Part shown: piece after piece, positions 1-8,613 of the stretch | Numbering within the stretch: position 1 is the first letter of the stretch | Layout of the letters: the number at the start of each line of letters is the position of its first letter | From: Actinomycetota bacterium | GTDB taxonomy: Bacteria > Actinomycetota > Humimicrobiia > Humimicrobiales > Humimicrobiaceae | Assembly: GCA_028698215.1 (NCBI GenBank) | Contig: JAQVDY010000007.1 | Location: 6,579 to 70,578, forward strand | Reading direction: 5' to 3' | DNA: 64,000 bases | The notes under the pieces: model-generated | What the model saw: the letters and a program-made list of their open reading frames with translations, nothing else | The model's database searches: none | What the model was told of the DNA's origin: nothing | Position numbers and translations under genes: made by a program

Positions 1-44
1 CACCGCTATTATTGACTCGGTAGATTTGGGAGGCGGGGACTGAA

Positions 45-329
45 ATGATGCTGGGTAAAGTAATAGGGAATGTGGTTTCTGTCATCAAGGATGAAAACTA
101 TAAGGGGTTAAAACTTATGGTAATCCAGGAAATGGATATGGATGGCGGCTATAAGCCTAATTTCGTAGTAGCGGCTGACCTTATCGGTGTGGGTATAGAC
201 GAAACGGTTATGGTGGCTAACGGTACTCCGGCCAGAGCTACTGAGGAAACCAAAAGCGTAGGCCTGGATTCCATTATAGTGGCTAAAATAGAAAAATTAA
301 TTTTTGAAGATAGGGAATTGAATTTATAA
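45..329 (+). CDS. Bacterial microcompartment vertex protein (BMC-P; EutN/CcmL/PduN family)
   Basis: 94 aa, typical size and composition (GxVxG..., hydrophobic beta-barrel core) of EutN/CcmL pentamer proteins; GGAGGCGGGG RBS upstream; directly followed by a BMC-H gene. Confidence 0.75.
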   Translation: MMLGKVIGNVVSVIKDENYKGLKLMVIQEMDMDGGYKPNFVVAADLIGVGIDETVMVANGTPARATEETKSVGLDSIIVAKIEKLIFEDRELNL

Positions 330-345
330 CAAGGGGTGATTTAGT

Positions 346-615
346 ATGGACGGCTTTGCCATTGGTTTAATTGAAACAAAAGGGCTGGTGGGGTCTATAG
401 AAGCAGCCGATGCCATGATAAAGGCAGCCAGTGTAGAACTTATGGGCCAGGTAAGGATTGGCGGCGGTTATGTTACAGTATTTATAAAAGGCGATGTGGG
501 TGCGGTTAAAGCCGCTATAGAAGCCGGAGCTGAAGCTGCTAAAAGGGTAGGAGAGCTTCTGTCTTCTCATGTGATACCCCGGCCTAACCAGGATTTGGAT
601 ATGATTTATCCATAA
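346..615 (+). CDS. BMC-H hexameric shell protein (PduA/EutM/CcmK family)
   Basis: 89 aa; canonical BMC-domain sequence [32 protein letters not shown]...[33 protein letters not shown]. Confidence 0.85.
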   Translation: MDGFAIGLIETKGLVGSIEAADAMIKAASVELMGQVRIGGGYVTVFIKGDVGAVKAAIEAGAEAAKRVGELLSSHVIPRPNQDLDMIYP

Positions 616-619
616 AATC

Positions 620-3118
620 TTAGGGATTTACCCAAACTTTTATCTTCTGGCTAAGATTAGCTTTTTGCCCTCCAGAAGGTTGCTGGTCGTAGGTATAATT
701 TTGGGGCACCTGATCATTTTTTTCATAAATATACTCAATATTATTATACCCAGAATGTACTAATATATGGTTTGCCTGATCCCAAGGTAGATTTATGATA
801 TTTGGTACAGTAGGAAGGTTTTCTTGTAACTGCTTTATTGTTTCCCCAGGGTCTCCAGCTGGCACTTCTCCTGGGTTTACCCAAACCTTGATTAGTCTTA
901 TGGGTTCAATTTCCTCATCCCATAAAGGTTCTTGCCTGTGAACATAACCTGGAGGTACACCTCCAAAAACTTCTTCAATAAATTCTATATGAGTGTATCC
1001 GGCATCTCTCAAAATATTATTCGCCTGGTCCTTAGGCATTAGTGTTATATTAGGAAGTTTTAAACCCTCTGTAGTATCCAATGACCTGGGTTCCTGCCCG
1101 TAATGAAACTGCCTTAATTCGATTTTCTCGAAAGGGGTAAACCTGTTTGGCAGCACAATTGCACCGGTTTCAGGATTGTGGACTACCTGTACCTCTATTA
1201 AATCGTCTTCCGGTCTTACAAATTCCTCTGCAGGTAGTTTCTTGGTAGCTTCTTCCATAAACAAGTTCCAGATCATGGCCGGCAGGGTTCCACCCTGAAC
1301 CCTGGTGTCGTGTATTATTCCCATTTTTATATTTTCTTCAGGGTAGCCTATCCATACACAGGCTGCCAGGTTAGTAGTGAATCCGGTAAACCAGGCATTT
1401 TCCGCTTCCTGGGTGGTACCTGTTTTTCCTGCCACCGGCCTGTCTTCCAGGCGGGCCCGGGTACCGGTACCTCTCTGCACTGCCTGCTGCATGATTTCGA
1501 TAGCCCTGTAGGCATTGATAGCAGATATGGCTTGAACCGGTTGAGGCTGGTGCTCCTCTAGCACATTGCCCTCATTATCGGTAACCTTGGTTATGGCTAC
1601 CGGATCATTTCTAGCCCCATAATTGGCGATGGTGGCAAAGGAGCTGCATACCTCTAGTGGGGATACCCCGATGGTAAGGCCTCCCAGGCCAATAGCAGGA
1701 TAGGGCTCCAGGTCGGTAACGATACCCATCCTTTTAGCAACATCAACCATGCTGTAGGCACCAACCTTCATTATTAGCTGGGCATAAACCACGTTTACTG
1801 AGCTTATGGTGGCATCTATAATATTCATTTCATCGGTTTCGTATTTGGTTCCCATATAGTTGGAAACCTCCCAGGGCTCACTTCCTTCTATACCAAATAT
1901 TACCGGACCATTGGGGTTGAAAGTCATCAGCGGGCTTATGCCCTGTTCCAGCGCAGCCATCAGGGCAAAAACCTTGAAAGTGGATCCCGGCTGCCTTTTA
2001 GCCTGGGTGGCCAGGTTAAATTTCATTACTGAAAAGTCCTTGCCTCCCACCATGGCTTTGATATAACCGGTAGAGGGATCTATGGCTACCAATGCTGCTG
2101 CAGGGTCTTCGGGATCATACAATATTTCCTCTATGGCATCTTCAGCAGCTATCTGCATATCCGGCTCCAGGGTGGTGTAGATATCAAAACCCCCCTTAAA
2201 TACCCGGTTTACCCCATACTTTTCTATTAGCTGCTGTTTTACATATTCAACAAAATACATGGCAAAACCCTTTTTTGATTCCTCGGTAGGCCTATTCAGC
2301 ACTATGGGGGTATTGATAGCCTCCTGGTATTGCTGAGAGTCAATATAGCCCAACTCCATCATTTTGGATAAAACCACATTTCTCCTATCCAATACCCAGG
2401 CCTCTTCAATATAGGGGCTCTTGTTGGGATAGCGGAGCATGCCTGCTAATAGTGCTGCTTCAGGCAAGCTGAGATAATTTACATTTTTATTAAAATAAAC
2501 CTTGGAAGCAGCCTGTACCCCGTAAGCACCTTCACCGAAATAAACGGTGTTAAGATACATTTCCAGTACTTCTTCCTTGGAATAAATTTTTTCCAGCTGA
2601 TAGGCCAGTAACGCCTCTTTTATCTTACGGTCATAGGTTATTTCGTATTTTTCTTCCGGTATATAAAGGTTCCTGATAACCTGTTGGGTGATAGTGCTGG
2701 CTCCCTGGGCTATATCACCGGTTTGAAGGTTAATGATAAAAGCCCTGATTATGCCCTCAGGATCTACTCCCTTATGCTGATAATATCTTTCATCCTCTAT
2801 GGCTACTACCGCATTGATTAGGTTTTGGGGCATGCGTTCCAAATTAACTTCTTCCCTATTTTCTATCCCATGGAAAGTGGCAATAAGGGTTCCGTCCGCC
2901 GCATATATCTGGGAGGTCAAGGCAGCCTCTGCAGGGTTGTATTCTCCCAGGTCAGGCAAATCAGCCATGAAGCTTCCTATGATACCGGTCACTGCTACTG
3001 AAAGGCCGCTGAAAGCGGTTAAAAATAGGATGGTGGAAAGCAAAAACAAGGCAACCAGTACTATTAGTACTTTAACGCCAGCCCTGTTTTTCTTATGTTT
3101 TTTCCTTAATTTAGACAT
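620..3118 (-). CDS. Class A penicillin-binding protein (PBP1A-type bifunctional transglycosylase/transpeptidase) with C-terminal tandem PASTA-like repeats
   Basis: 832 aa; N-terminal KK-rich cytoplasmic tail plus TM anchor; GT51 motifs (EDxRYYxHxG, QQ..RNLY); transpeptidase SxxK (STFK), SSN (SSVN), KTGT motifs; two approx 70-aa C-terminal repeats ending KVWVNP. Confidence 0.9.
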   Translation of the reverse strand: MSKLRKKHKKNRAGVKVLIVLVALFLLSTILFLTAFSGLSVAVTGIIGSFMADLPDLGEYNPAEAALTSQIYAADGTLIATFHGIENREEVNLERMPQNLINAVVAIEDERYYQHKGVDPEGIIRAFIINLQTGDIAQGASTITQQVIRNLYIPEEKYEITYDRKIKEALLAYQLEKIYSKEEVLEMYLNTVYFGEGAYGVQAASKVYFNKNVNYLSLPEAALLAGMLRYPNKSPYIEEAWVLDRRNVVLSKMMELGYIDSQQYQEAINTPIVLNRPTEESKKGFAMYFVEYVKQQLIEKYGVNRVFKGGFDIYTTLEPDMQIAAEDAIEEILYDPEDPAAALVAIDPSTGYIKAMVGGKDFSVMKFNLATQAKRQPGSTFKVFALMAALEQGISPLMTFNPNGPVIFGIEGSEPWEVSNYMGTKYETDEMNIIDATISSVNVVYAQLIMKVGAYSMVDVAKRMGIVTDLEPYPAIGLGGLTIGVSPLEVCSSFATIANYGARNDPVAITKVTDNEGNVLEEHQPQPVQAISAINAYRAIEIMQQAVQRGTGTRARLEDRPVAGKTGTTQEAENAWFTGFTTNLAACVWIGYPEENIKMGIIHDTRVQGGTLPAMIWNLFMEEATKKLPAEEFVRPEDDLIEVQVVHNPETGAIVLPNRFTPFEKIELRQFHYGQEPRSLDTTEGLKLPNITLMPKDQANNILRDAGYTHIEFIEEVFGGVPPGYVHRQEPLWDEEIEPIRLIKVWVNPGEVPAGDPGETIKQLQENLPTVPNIINLPWDQANHILVHSGYNNIEYIYEKNDQVPQNYTYDQQPSGGQKANLSQKIKVWVNP

Positions 3119-3216
3119 AGTTTTATTTAGCCATTCTATTATTAGCCCCCCATAAAATCAACCTTCAATTATATTAGACATGGCACTACCTGCAGGGGGC
3201 AAAACTCTTATTTTTA

Positions 3217-3245
3217 TTATTGCATAATTGCAAGTTATTGCATAA
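3217..3245. promoter_or_regulatory. Candidate operator: direct repeat TTATTGCATAA x2 (18-bp period) containing the palindrome TTGCATAATTGCAA, upstream of the aldolase gene
   Basis: Read directly in the 165-bp divergent intergenic region between the PBP1A and aldolase genes. Confidence 0.3.
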
Positions 3246-3284
3246 AATAAATTATAAATACCAATTAATAAGAGGTGAGCAGTA

Positions 3285-4139
3285 ATGGTTTACATAAATA
3301 CTAAGGATATGCTGATTAAAGCCAGGAAAGAAAAATTTGTGGTGGGGGCTTTCAATATTGTCAACCACACCTCTATGGTGTCAGTAGCAGAAGCAGCCAT
3401 TGAAGAAAGGTCACCGGTAATTATTCAGACTTCCCAAAAAACAGTGGAAGCCTTGGGCTATAAGATGCTGGTGGATATGGCCAAAGACCTGGCCCAGGGA
3501 ACAGACGTTCCCATTTCCATGAACCTGGATCATGGGACCGATATGGATATTATTGAAAACTGTATTGAGCATGGCTGGAGCTCAATTATGGTAGACGGAT
3601 CCAGCCTGCCCTACCAGGAGAATATAGAAATGACTAAAAAGGTAGTGGAAATGGCCCACCAGAAAGGTATTACCGTGGAAGGTGAGCTGGGCCATATAGG
3701 GGGAACCGAGGAACAGGTTTCAGTAGACCAGGAGCATGTAATGTTAACTGATCCCCAAATGGCGGTAGATTTTCAGCAGAAGACCGGCATTGACAGCTTG
3801 GCCGTAGCCATTGGCACTGCCCACGGCCTGTACTCAGGAGAGCCCAGGCTGGATTATCAGCGCCTGGCCAAAATAATGGAGGTTACTGATTTTCCCATAG
3901 TAATTCACGGCTGCTCCGGTTTAAGCCAAGAAGTGCTGGCTAAAATCAGGACTTTCGGAGTATCTAAAATGAACATCTCCACCGAAATCAAGCATAAATA
4001 CATCGACTCCTGCGATTTATACATAAAAGAGCATCCCCATGAGTATGAGCCGGTGAAAAAAATAAACTTTGTAAAGGAAGAAGTAAAAAAACTGGTTAAG
4101 AAATATATTGGTATTTTTGGAAGCGCCGGTAAGGCCTAA
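3285..4139 (+). CDS. Class II ketose-bisphosphate aldolase (Fba/GatY/KbaY family)
   Basis: 284 aa; FVVGAFNI, NLDHG, GELGHIGG and IVIHGxSG motifs of class II FBP/tagatose-BP aldolases; AGGTGAG RBS. Confidence 0.85.
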   Translation: MVYINTKDMLIKARKEKFVVGAFNIVNHTSMVSVAEAAIEERSPVIIQTSQKTVEALGYKMLVDMAKDLAQGTDVPISMNLDHGTDMDIIENCIEHGWSSIMVDGSSLPYQENIEMTKKVVEMAHQKGITVEGELGHIGGTEEQVSVDQEHVMLTDPQMAVDFQQKTGIDSLAVAIGTAHGLYSGEPRLDYQRLAKIMEVTDFPIVIHGCSGLSQEVLAKIRTFGVSKMNISTEIKHKYIDSCDLYIKEHPHEYEPVKKINFVKEEVKKLVKKYIGIFGSAGKA

Positions 4140-4154
4140 CAGGGAGGGATAAAA

Positions 4155-5105
4155 ATTAACAGCTATAAACCAACTTATGAATGTGACCTTCACTGCCATA
4201 CCAACCGGTCAGATGGCAATGATACCCCCAGGCAGCTAATTGTCCTGGCAGCCGGCCTGGGCATGAGAGCCATAGGCATGGTGGATCATGATACCGGGCC
4301 TGTCCTTACCGTAGAAGAAGGGGGCAGCAAATTGGGTATTAAGGAGTTTGCTGCCAGCCGGGGCCTGGAGCTGGTGCTGGGTGATGAATTTTCCTGTGAC
4401 AGCCAGGTGGATGACGTTCACATTATCGGCTATGAGCTGGACTGGGATAGCCCAGCTTTCCTTAAGGAGGTAGAGCGTGCCAAGCAGAGCAAGGCTGATG
4501 CCTACCGGCAGCTATGTGAGGTGCTGACCGAAGAAGGCATGCCCTTAGACTACGGCCAGGACATATTAATATATACAGACCTGCAAGGGATTCAAAGGCA
4601 TAGAACGCCAGAGGAAGTGCAAAGAAAACATATATTTGAAGCTATGGCCAGAAAAGGCTATGCCGCTTCCTGGAGTGAAGCCAAACTTATGGTCAGGGAT
4701 AACCCCCGGCTGAATGTGCCCCGGAAAAAGGTCAGCCCCCTGGAGGCTATAAATATTATTAAAGGCGGCGGCGGCCTGGCGGTATTGGCCCACCCCTACC
4801 TTATAGACGAGCAGGTAGATTCTGAAATACTGGGCAGAGTAACCCGGCTAGAATACATTGATAAACTGATAGAAGCCGGCCTGGACGGCATGGAATCCTG
4901 CTATACTTATGACAAAACTACCTATAAGGGCACGCTCAGCCGCCAGCAGGTTCAGCAGGAGGTAGAAAGCAGGTATAAGGGTAAGGTAAGGTTTTTTACC
5001 GGAGGTTCAGATTACCACAATGATGCTAAAAAAGGGGCGGCTAACCCCAGGCTGATAGGAGAAGCAGGCATCAGCTACCGGCAGTTTAAATCTATTTTTG
5101 CCTAA
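4155..5105 (+). CDS. PHP-domain (polymerase/histidinol-phosphatase-like) phosphoesterase; apparent non-canonical ATT start
   Basis: In-frame DLHCHTNRSDG PHP motif lies upstream of the first ATG (4263). The frame is open from 4140 with no ATG/GTG/TTG. AGGGAGGG RBS at 4141-4148 is followed by ATT at 4155. Later motifs HII, LAHP, GGSDYH. Confidence 0.55.
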   Translation: MNSYKPTYECDLHCHTNRSDGNDTPRQLIVLAAGLGMRAIGMVDHDTGPVLTVEEGGSKLGIKEFAASRGLELVLGDEFSCDSQVDDVHIIGYELDWDSPAFLKEVERAKQSKADAYRQLCEVLTEEGMPLDYGQDILIYTDLQGIQRHRTPEEVQRKHIFEAMARKGYAASWSEAKLMVRDNPRLNVPRKKVSPLEAINIIKGGGGLAVLAHPYLIDEQVDSEILGRVTRLEYIDKLIEAGLDGMESCYTYDKTTYKGTLSRQQVQQEVESRYKGKVRFFTGGSDYHNDAKKGAANPRLIGEAGISYRQFKSIFA

Positions 5106-5386
5106 CCCTTATTAAGGTGTAGCGGCAGGGCATGTATTGGCCTTAACTTTAGCCGGCCAGGATTAAGCAAGGAAGGTTTAATAAAAATATGGCAGGTGCC
5201 GGAACTGTATTTTAATTTGATATAAACATTATTAAATAGTTAAAGCCCGGGTACAAATAGGACAAAACATAGTTGGCTATTAAGTTAAATAATGGTATTT
5301 TTATGTGAAGGGCTTTTAGGGTCCAGAGGCTAGGGGCCGCAGAAGTTTAAATAGAATGGACAAAATTAACGGAGCAAGGAAAAAAG

Positions 5387-6244
5387 ATGGTAAATTTAAC
5401 TAAACTCCAACTAATGGAGCTGCATGAAAAATCTTATCAGGCCAGAATCAATATACTGAAAATGATGAGATTTGGGGAAGGCCATATAGGAGGGGCCTTT
5501 TCCAGCCTGGACATCATGACCGTACTTTATAACCAGATATTAAGGCACAAACCGTCTAATCCCAAATGGGAAGACCGGGACCGGTTCATATTATCTGCCG
5601 GCCATAAATGCCTGGCCTTGTATGCCTGTTTGGCTGACCAGGGTTATTTTGATACTGATGTTTTATGGACCTATAATACTTTGGATACCAGGGTACCCAT
5701 GCATCCGGATGAAAAGGTTTTACCGGGAGTGGAGTTTCCCACCGGCTCTTTGGGGCACGGGCTTCCAGTGGCCAATGGAATGGCTTTAGCCGGCAGGCTG
5801 GATAAAAAGGATTACCGGGTGTTTGTAATTTTAGGCGATGGAGAATGTGCCGAGGGGAGCGTATGGGAGGCAGTTATGGCCGCAGGCCACCATCATCTGG
5901 ACAATGTAGTGGCCATAGTAGACCGTAACCGGCTGCAGGTAAACGGGAGAACCGAAGATATTATGGATACCTCTCCCTTTGAGGATAAGTTTAAGGCTTT
6001 TGGCTGGGAGGTAAAGACAATAAACGGGCATGATTTTCAGTCCATATACCAGGTCTTGTCCCAGGTGCCTTTCTGCAAAGGCAAGCCATCGGCCATTATT
6101 GCCGATACGGTAAAATGCAGGGGGCTGGACTTTGGAGAGGATAAATTTGAGTTTCACCACTGGCATTGCGAGCTGGATAAAATTGATGAAGCCATAGATG
6201 TGGTGGCCAAGAGAAAAAGAGAGGAGCAGGCTAAAATTGGATAA
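5387..6244 (+). CDS. Transketolase, N-terminal (TPP-binding) subunit of a split transketolase
   Basis: 285 aa; GHxG..S, GSLGHGLPVANGMALA, ILGDGECAEGSVWEA motifs. Confidence 0.85.
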   Translation: MVNLTKLQLMELHEKSYQARINILKMMRFGEGHIGGAFSSLDIMTVLYNQILRHKPSNPKWEDRDRFILSAGHKCLALYACLADQGYFDTDVLWTYNTLDTRVPMHPDEKVLPGVEFPTGSLGHGLPVANGMALAGRLDKKDYRVFVILGDGECAEGSVWEAVMAAGHHHLDNVVAIVDRNRLQVNGRTEDIMDTSPFEDKFKAFGWEVKTINGHDFQSIYQVLSQVPFCKGKPSAIIADTVKCRGLDFGEDKFEFHHWHCELDKIDEAIDVVAKRKREEQAKIG

Positions 6245-7187
6245 CAAGGAAACTATATATGAAAATCCCAGAAAGATAATTGCAGATGCCCTGGTGGAGC
6301 TGGGCCAGCAAAACAGTAGGGTTGTTTATGTGTCCTGCGACTCTTCTTTAGGGGCCTCGGGGGGTCCATTTAACCAGAATTTTCCGGAAAGGCATTTTGA
6401 GTTTGGAATACAGGAACAAAACGGCATGGGGGAAGCGGCAGGGTTGGCCATAAGCGGAAAGATCCCCTTTATAGCTGCTTATGTGCCTTTTGTGGCTTTC
6501 CGCTGTTTTGAACAAATCAGGGATGATGTATGCAAGACCAGATTAAACGTAAACATCATGGGCAATAACTGCGGTTTTTCCGTAGGGCCTTTGGGTCCCA
6601 CCCATGTGGTGCTGGAAGATATAGCGGTAATTGGCTCTTTGCCTAATATTACCATTATCTCTCCTGCTGACGGGCCCCAGTACAGGGAAGCTATCTTTAA
6701 GGCCGCACAACTGGAGGGACCGGTTTATTTGCGTGTTCACCGTGAAAAGGCCAGGCGTATCTATGGAGAGAATTACCAGATGCAGATAGGCAAGGGAGAA
6801 ATTTTGAAGCAGGGCAGTGATATTACGGTAGTAGCTACCTCCACCATGGTGGCCAATTGCCTGGATGCAGCGGAAGCCCTGAAGTCTTCAGGCATTGATG
6901 CTGAAGTGATAAACATATCCACCTTAAAGCCTATAGACAGGGAAATAATATTGGGGTCCAGCGCTAAAACCAAAAAGGTGGTTACGGTAGAAGAGCACAG
7001 TACCATAAACGGGTTGGGCAGCATAGTAGCCAACGTGCTGGCTGAATCCGGGCCTGCACCCATTAAAAAAATAGGTATAGAAGATGTTTTTGCGGTAGTA
7101 GGCCAATATCAGGAGCTGATAGAGTATTATGGCCTTACCGGGCCCAGCATTGCCCAGAAGATAGAAGAATTTTTAAATCCAAGATAG
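6237..7187 (+). CDS. Transketolase, C-terminal (pyrimidine-binding/C-terminal domain) subunit
   Basis: Track ORF begins at ATG 6198 (47-nt overlap with upstream gene). TTG at 6237 preceded by GAGGAGCAGG gives MDNKETIYENP..., a typical N-terminus, with an 8-nt overlap. Motifs FGIQEQN, GPTH, transketolase C-terminal domain. Confidence 0.8.
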   Translation: MDNKETIYENPRKIIADALVELGQQNSRVVYVSCDSSLGASGGPFNQNFPERHFEFGIQEQNGMGEAAGLAISGKIPFIAAYVPFVAFRCFEQIRDDVCKTRLNVNIMGNNCGFSVGPLGPTHVVLEDIAVIGSLPNITIISPADGPQYREAIFKAAQLEGPVYLRVHREKARRIYGENYQMQIGKGEILKQGSDITVVATSTMVANCLDAAEALKSSGIDAEVINISTLKPIDREIILGSSAKTKKVVTVEEHSTINGLGSIVANVLAESGPAPIKKIGIEDVFAVVGQYQELIEYYGLTGPSIAQKIEEFLNPR

Positions 7188-7196
7188 GAGGACCCA

Positions 7197-7619
7197 ATGA
7201 AAATTGCAATCGGTTGCGATATTAATGCCAATGACAGGATGCAGGACCTTGTCCAAATATTGGACCAGCAGCAGGTAGATTACAAGGTGTTTGAAGTAGA
7301 CGGGGATTACCCTGATGTAGCGGCGGAAGTAACCAAAGCGGTCCAGAACGGTAGCTATGACCGGGGCATATTGGTTTGCGGAACCGGTATAGGCATGGCC
7401 ATTTGCGCCAATAAATTTAAGGGAATCAGGGCTGCGGTCTGCCACGATATTTATTCTGCCCAGAGATCCATATTATCCAATGACTGCCAAATACTTACTA
7501 TGGGTTCTTTTATAGTGGGCACCAAGCTGGCCCAGGAGATACTTAAAGTTTGGCTGGCCATTGAAAGAACCGGGGGAACCGTGGATAAAGTTAAAAAAAT
7601 TGAACAGTTAGAGCAATAA
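7197..7619 (+). CDS. rpiB: Ribose-5-phosphate isomerase B / galactose-6-P isomerase family (RpiB/LacAB)
   Basis: 140 aa; MKIAIGCD..., CGTGIGMAI.ANK, GIRAA motifs. Confidence 0.85.
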   Translation: MKIAIGCDINANDRMQDLVQILDQQQVDYKVFEVDGDYPDVAAEVTKAVQNGSYDRGILVCGTGIGMAICANKFKGIRAAVCHDIYSAQRSILSNDCQILTMGSFIVGTKLAQEILKVWLAIERTGGTVDKVKKIEQLEQ

Positions 7620-7623
7620 GGAT

Positions 7624-8571
7624 ATGACTTACGATATCAAACTTATGGTAAAGGTAGCCAGCCTTTACTACCGGGAAGGTTTAACCCAGGAAGATATATC
7701 CAATAAACTGAAGATTTCCAAATACCAGGTTAACCGTATCCTAAAAAGAGCGGTAAACATAGGGGTAGTACAGATTAATATTATAGACCCTACCCGGGGG
7801 CTTTCCAGCCTGGAAGAAAAGCTGGAGAAAAAATTCGGCCTCAAACGGGCCATAGTGGTGGAAAATAATGGCTTGTCCGACATTGAGCTTAAAAACAAGA
7901 TGGGCCAGGCAGCAGCAAACTACCTGTTAGAAATCATAAAGGACGGGGATGTAATAGGGGTATCATGGGGCACCACCATCAATGAAGTAATTAACCATTT
8001 ACCTTCCAAGATAAATAAGGAGGTGGAAGTGGTGCAGATAACCGGCGGTATCCACCAGCTGTCGGTTGATTTAAACTGCCATGATATTGCCAGGAGGTTT
8101 GCGGCCAGGTTCGGGGTAAATCCCCACCTGCTGTACGCCCCGGCCATAGTGGATTCCCAGGAAAGCCATGATCTTTTCATAAACGAATCATCAATCAAGA
8201 AGACCACAGATTTCTTTGATAAAATAACCATAGCCCTGGTGGGTATAGGAGCCTTGTTCCCTAAAATGATATCCACACTGATAAAAACCGGGCATATACC
8301 GGCCGGGGATTTGGAGATGCTTAGGGAAGAAGGGGCCATAGGGGATGTTTTTTCACACTTTTTTGATATAGAGGGCCATATTTGTGACAGCAGCCTTTCC
8401 GGAAGGCTGATAGCCATGCCTGCCCATATGCTTCACCAGGTTCCCTATTCCATAGGAGTGGCAGGGGATAAACTAAAGGCCGATGCCATATATGGAGCGG
8501 TTAAGGGCAAGCTTATCAATATATTGATTACAGACAGTAAAGCTGCAGAGCTGGTGCTGAAGAAAAAGTAA
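7624..8571 (+). CDS. SorC/DeoR-family sugar(-phosphate)-binding transcriptional regulator
   Basis: 315 aa; N-terminal HTH (EDISNKLKISKYQVNRILKRA) plus C-terminal SorC sugar-binding domain (GVSWGTT, ITGGI). Confidence 0.8.
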   Translation: MTYDIKLMVKVASLYYREGLTQEDISNKLKISKYQVNRILKRAVNIGVVQINIIDPTRGLSSLEEKLEKKFGLKRAIVVENNGLSDIELKNKMGQAAANYLLEIIKDGDVIGVSWGTTINEVINHLPSKINKEVEVVQITGGIHQLSVDLNCHDIARRFAARFGVNPHLLYAPAIVDSQESHDLFINESSIKKTTDFFDKITIALVGIGALFPKMISTLIKTGHIPAGDLEMLREEGAIGDVFSHFFDIEGHICDSSLSGRLIAMPAHMLHQVPYSIGVAGDKLKADAIYGAVKGKLINILITDSKAAELVLKKK

Positions 8572-8613
8572 TATATGCCAAACAATTTAAATTTATATAG
8601 TTAGGGAGAAAGT

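Noticed and set aside
5106-5386. Possible riboswitch (e.g. TPP) in the 280-bp gap upstream of the first transketolase
   Set aside because: No CUGAGA/ACCUGA-type TPP box or other riboswitch core I can recognise. Most likely just a promoter region.
6198-6236. ATG at 6198 as the start of the transketolase C-terminal subunit
   Set aside because: It would overlap the upstream gene by 47 nt and add an atypical 13-residue extension. TTG at 6237 with a GGAG-type RBS gives a conventional N-terminus.
5831-6247. Antisense ORFs of 60-220 aa embedded in well-supported genes (e.g. 5831-6247, 7920-8417, 17945-18601, 39966-40463, 41031-41444, 47547-48056)
   Set aside because: Each lies opposite a CDS with strong family motifs, none has an RBS or recognisable domain, and their composition reflects codon-complement bias. 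Treated as spurious.
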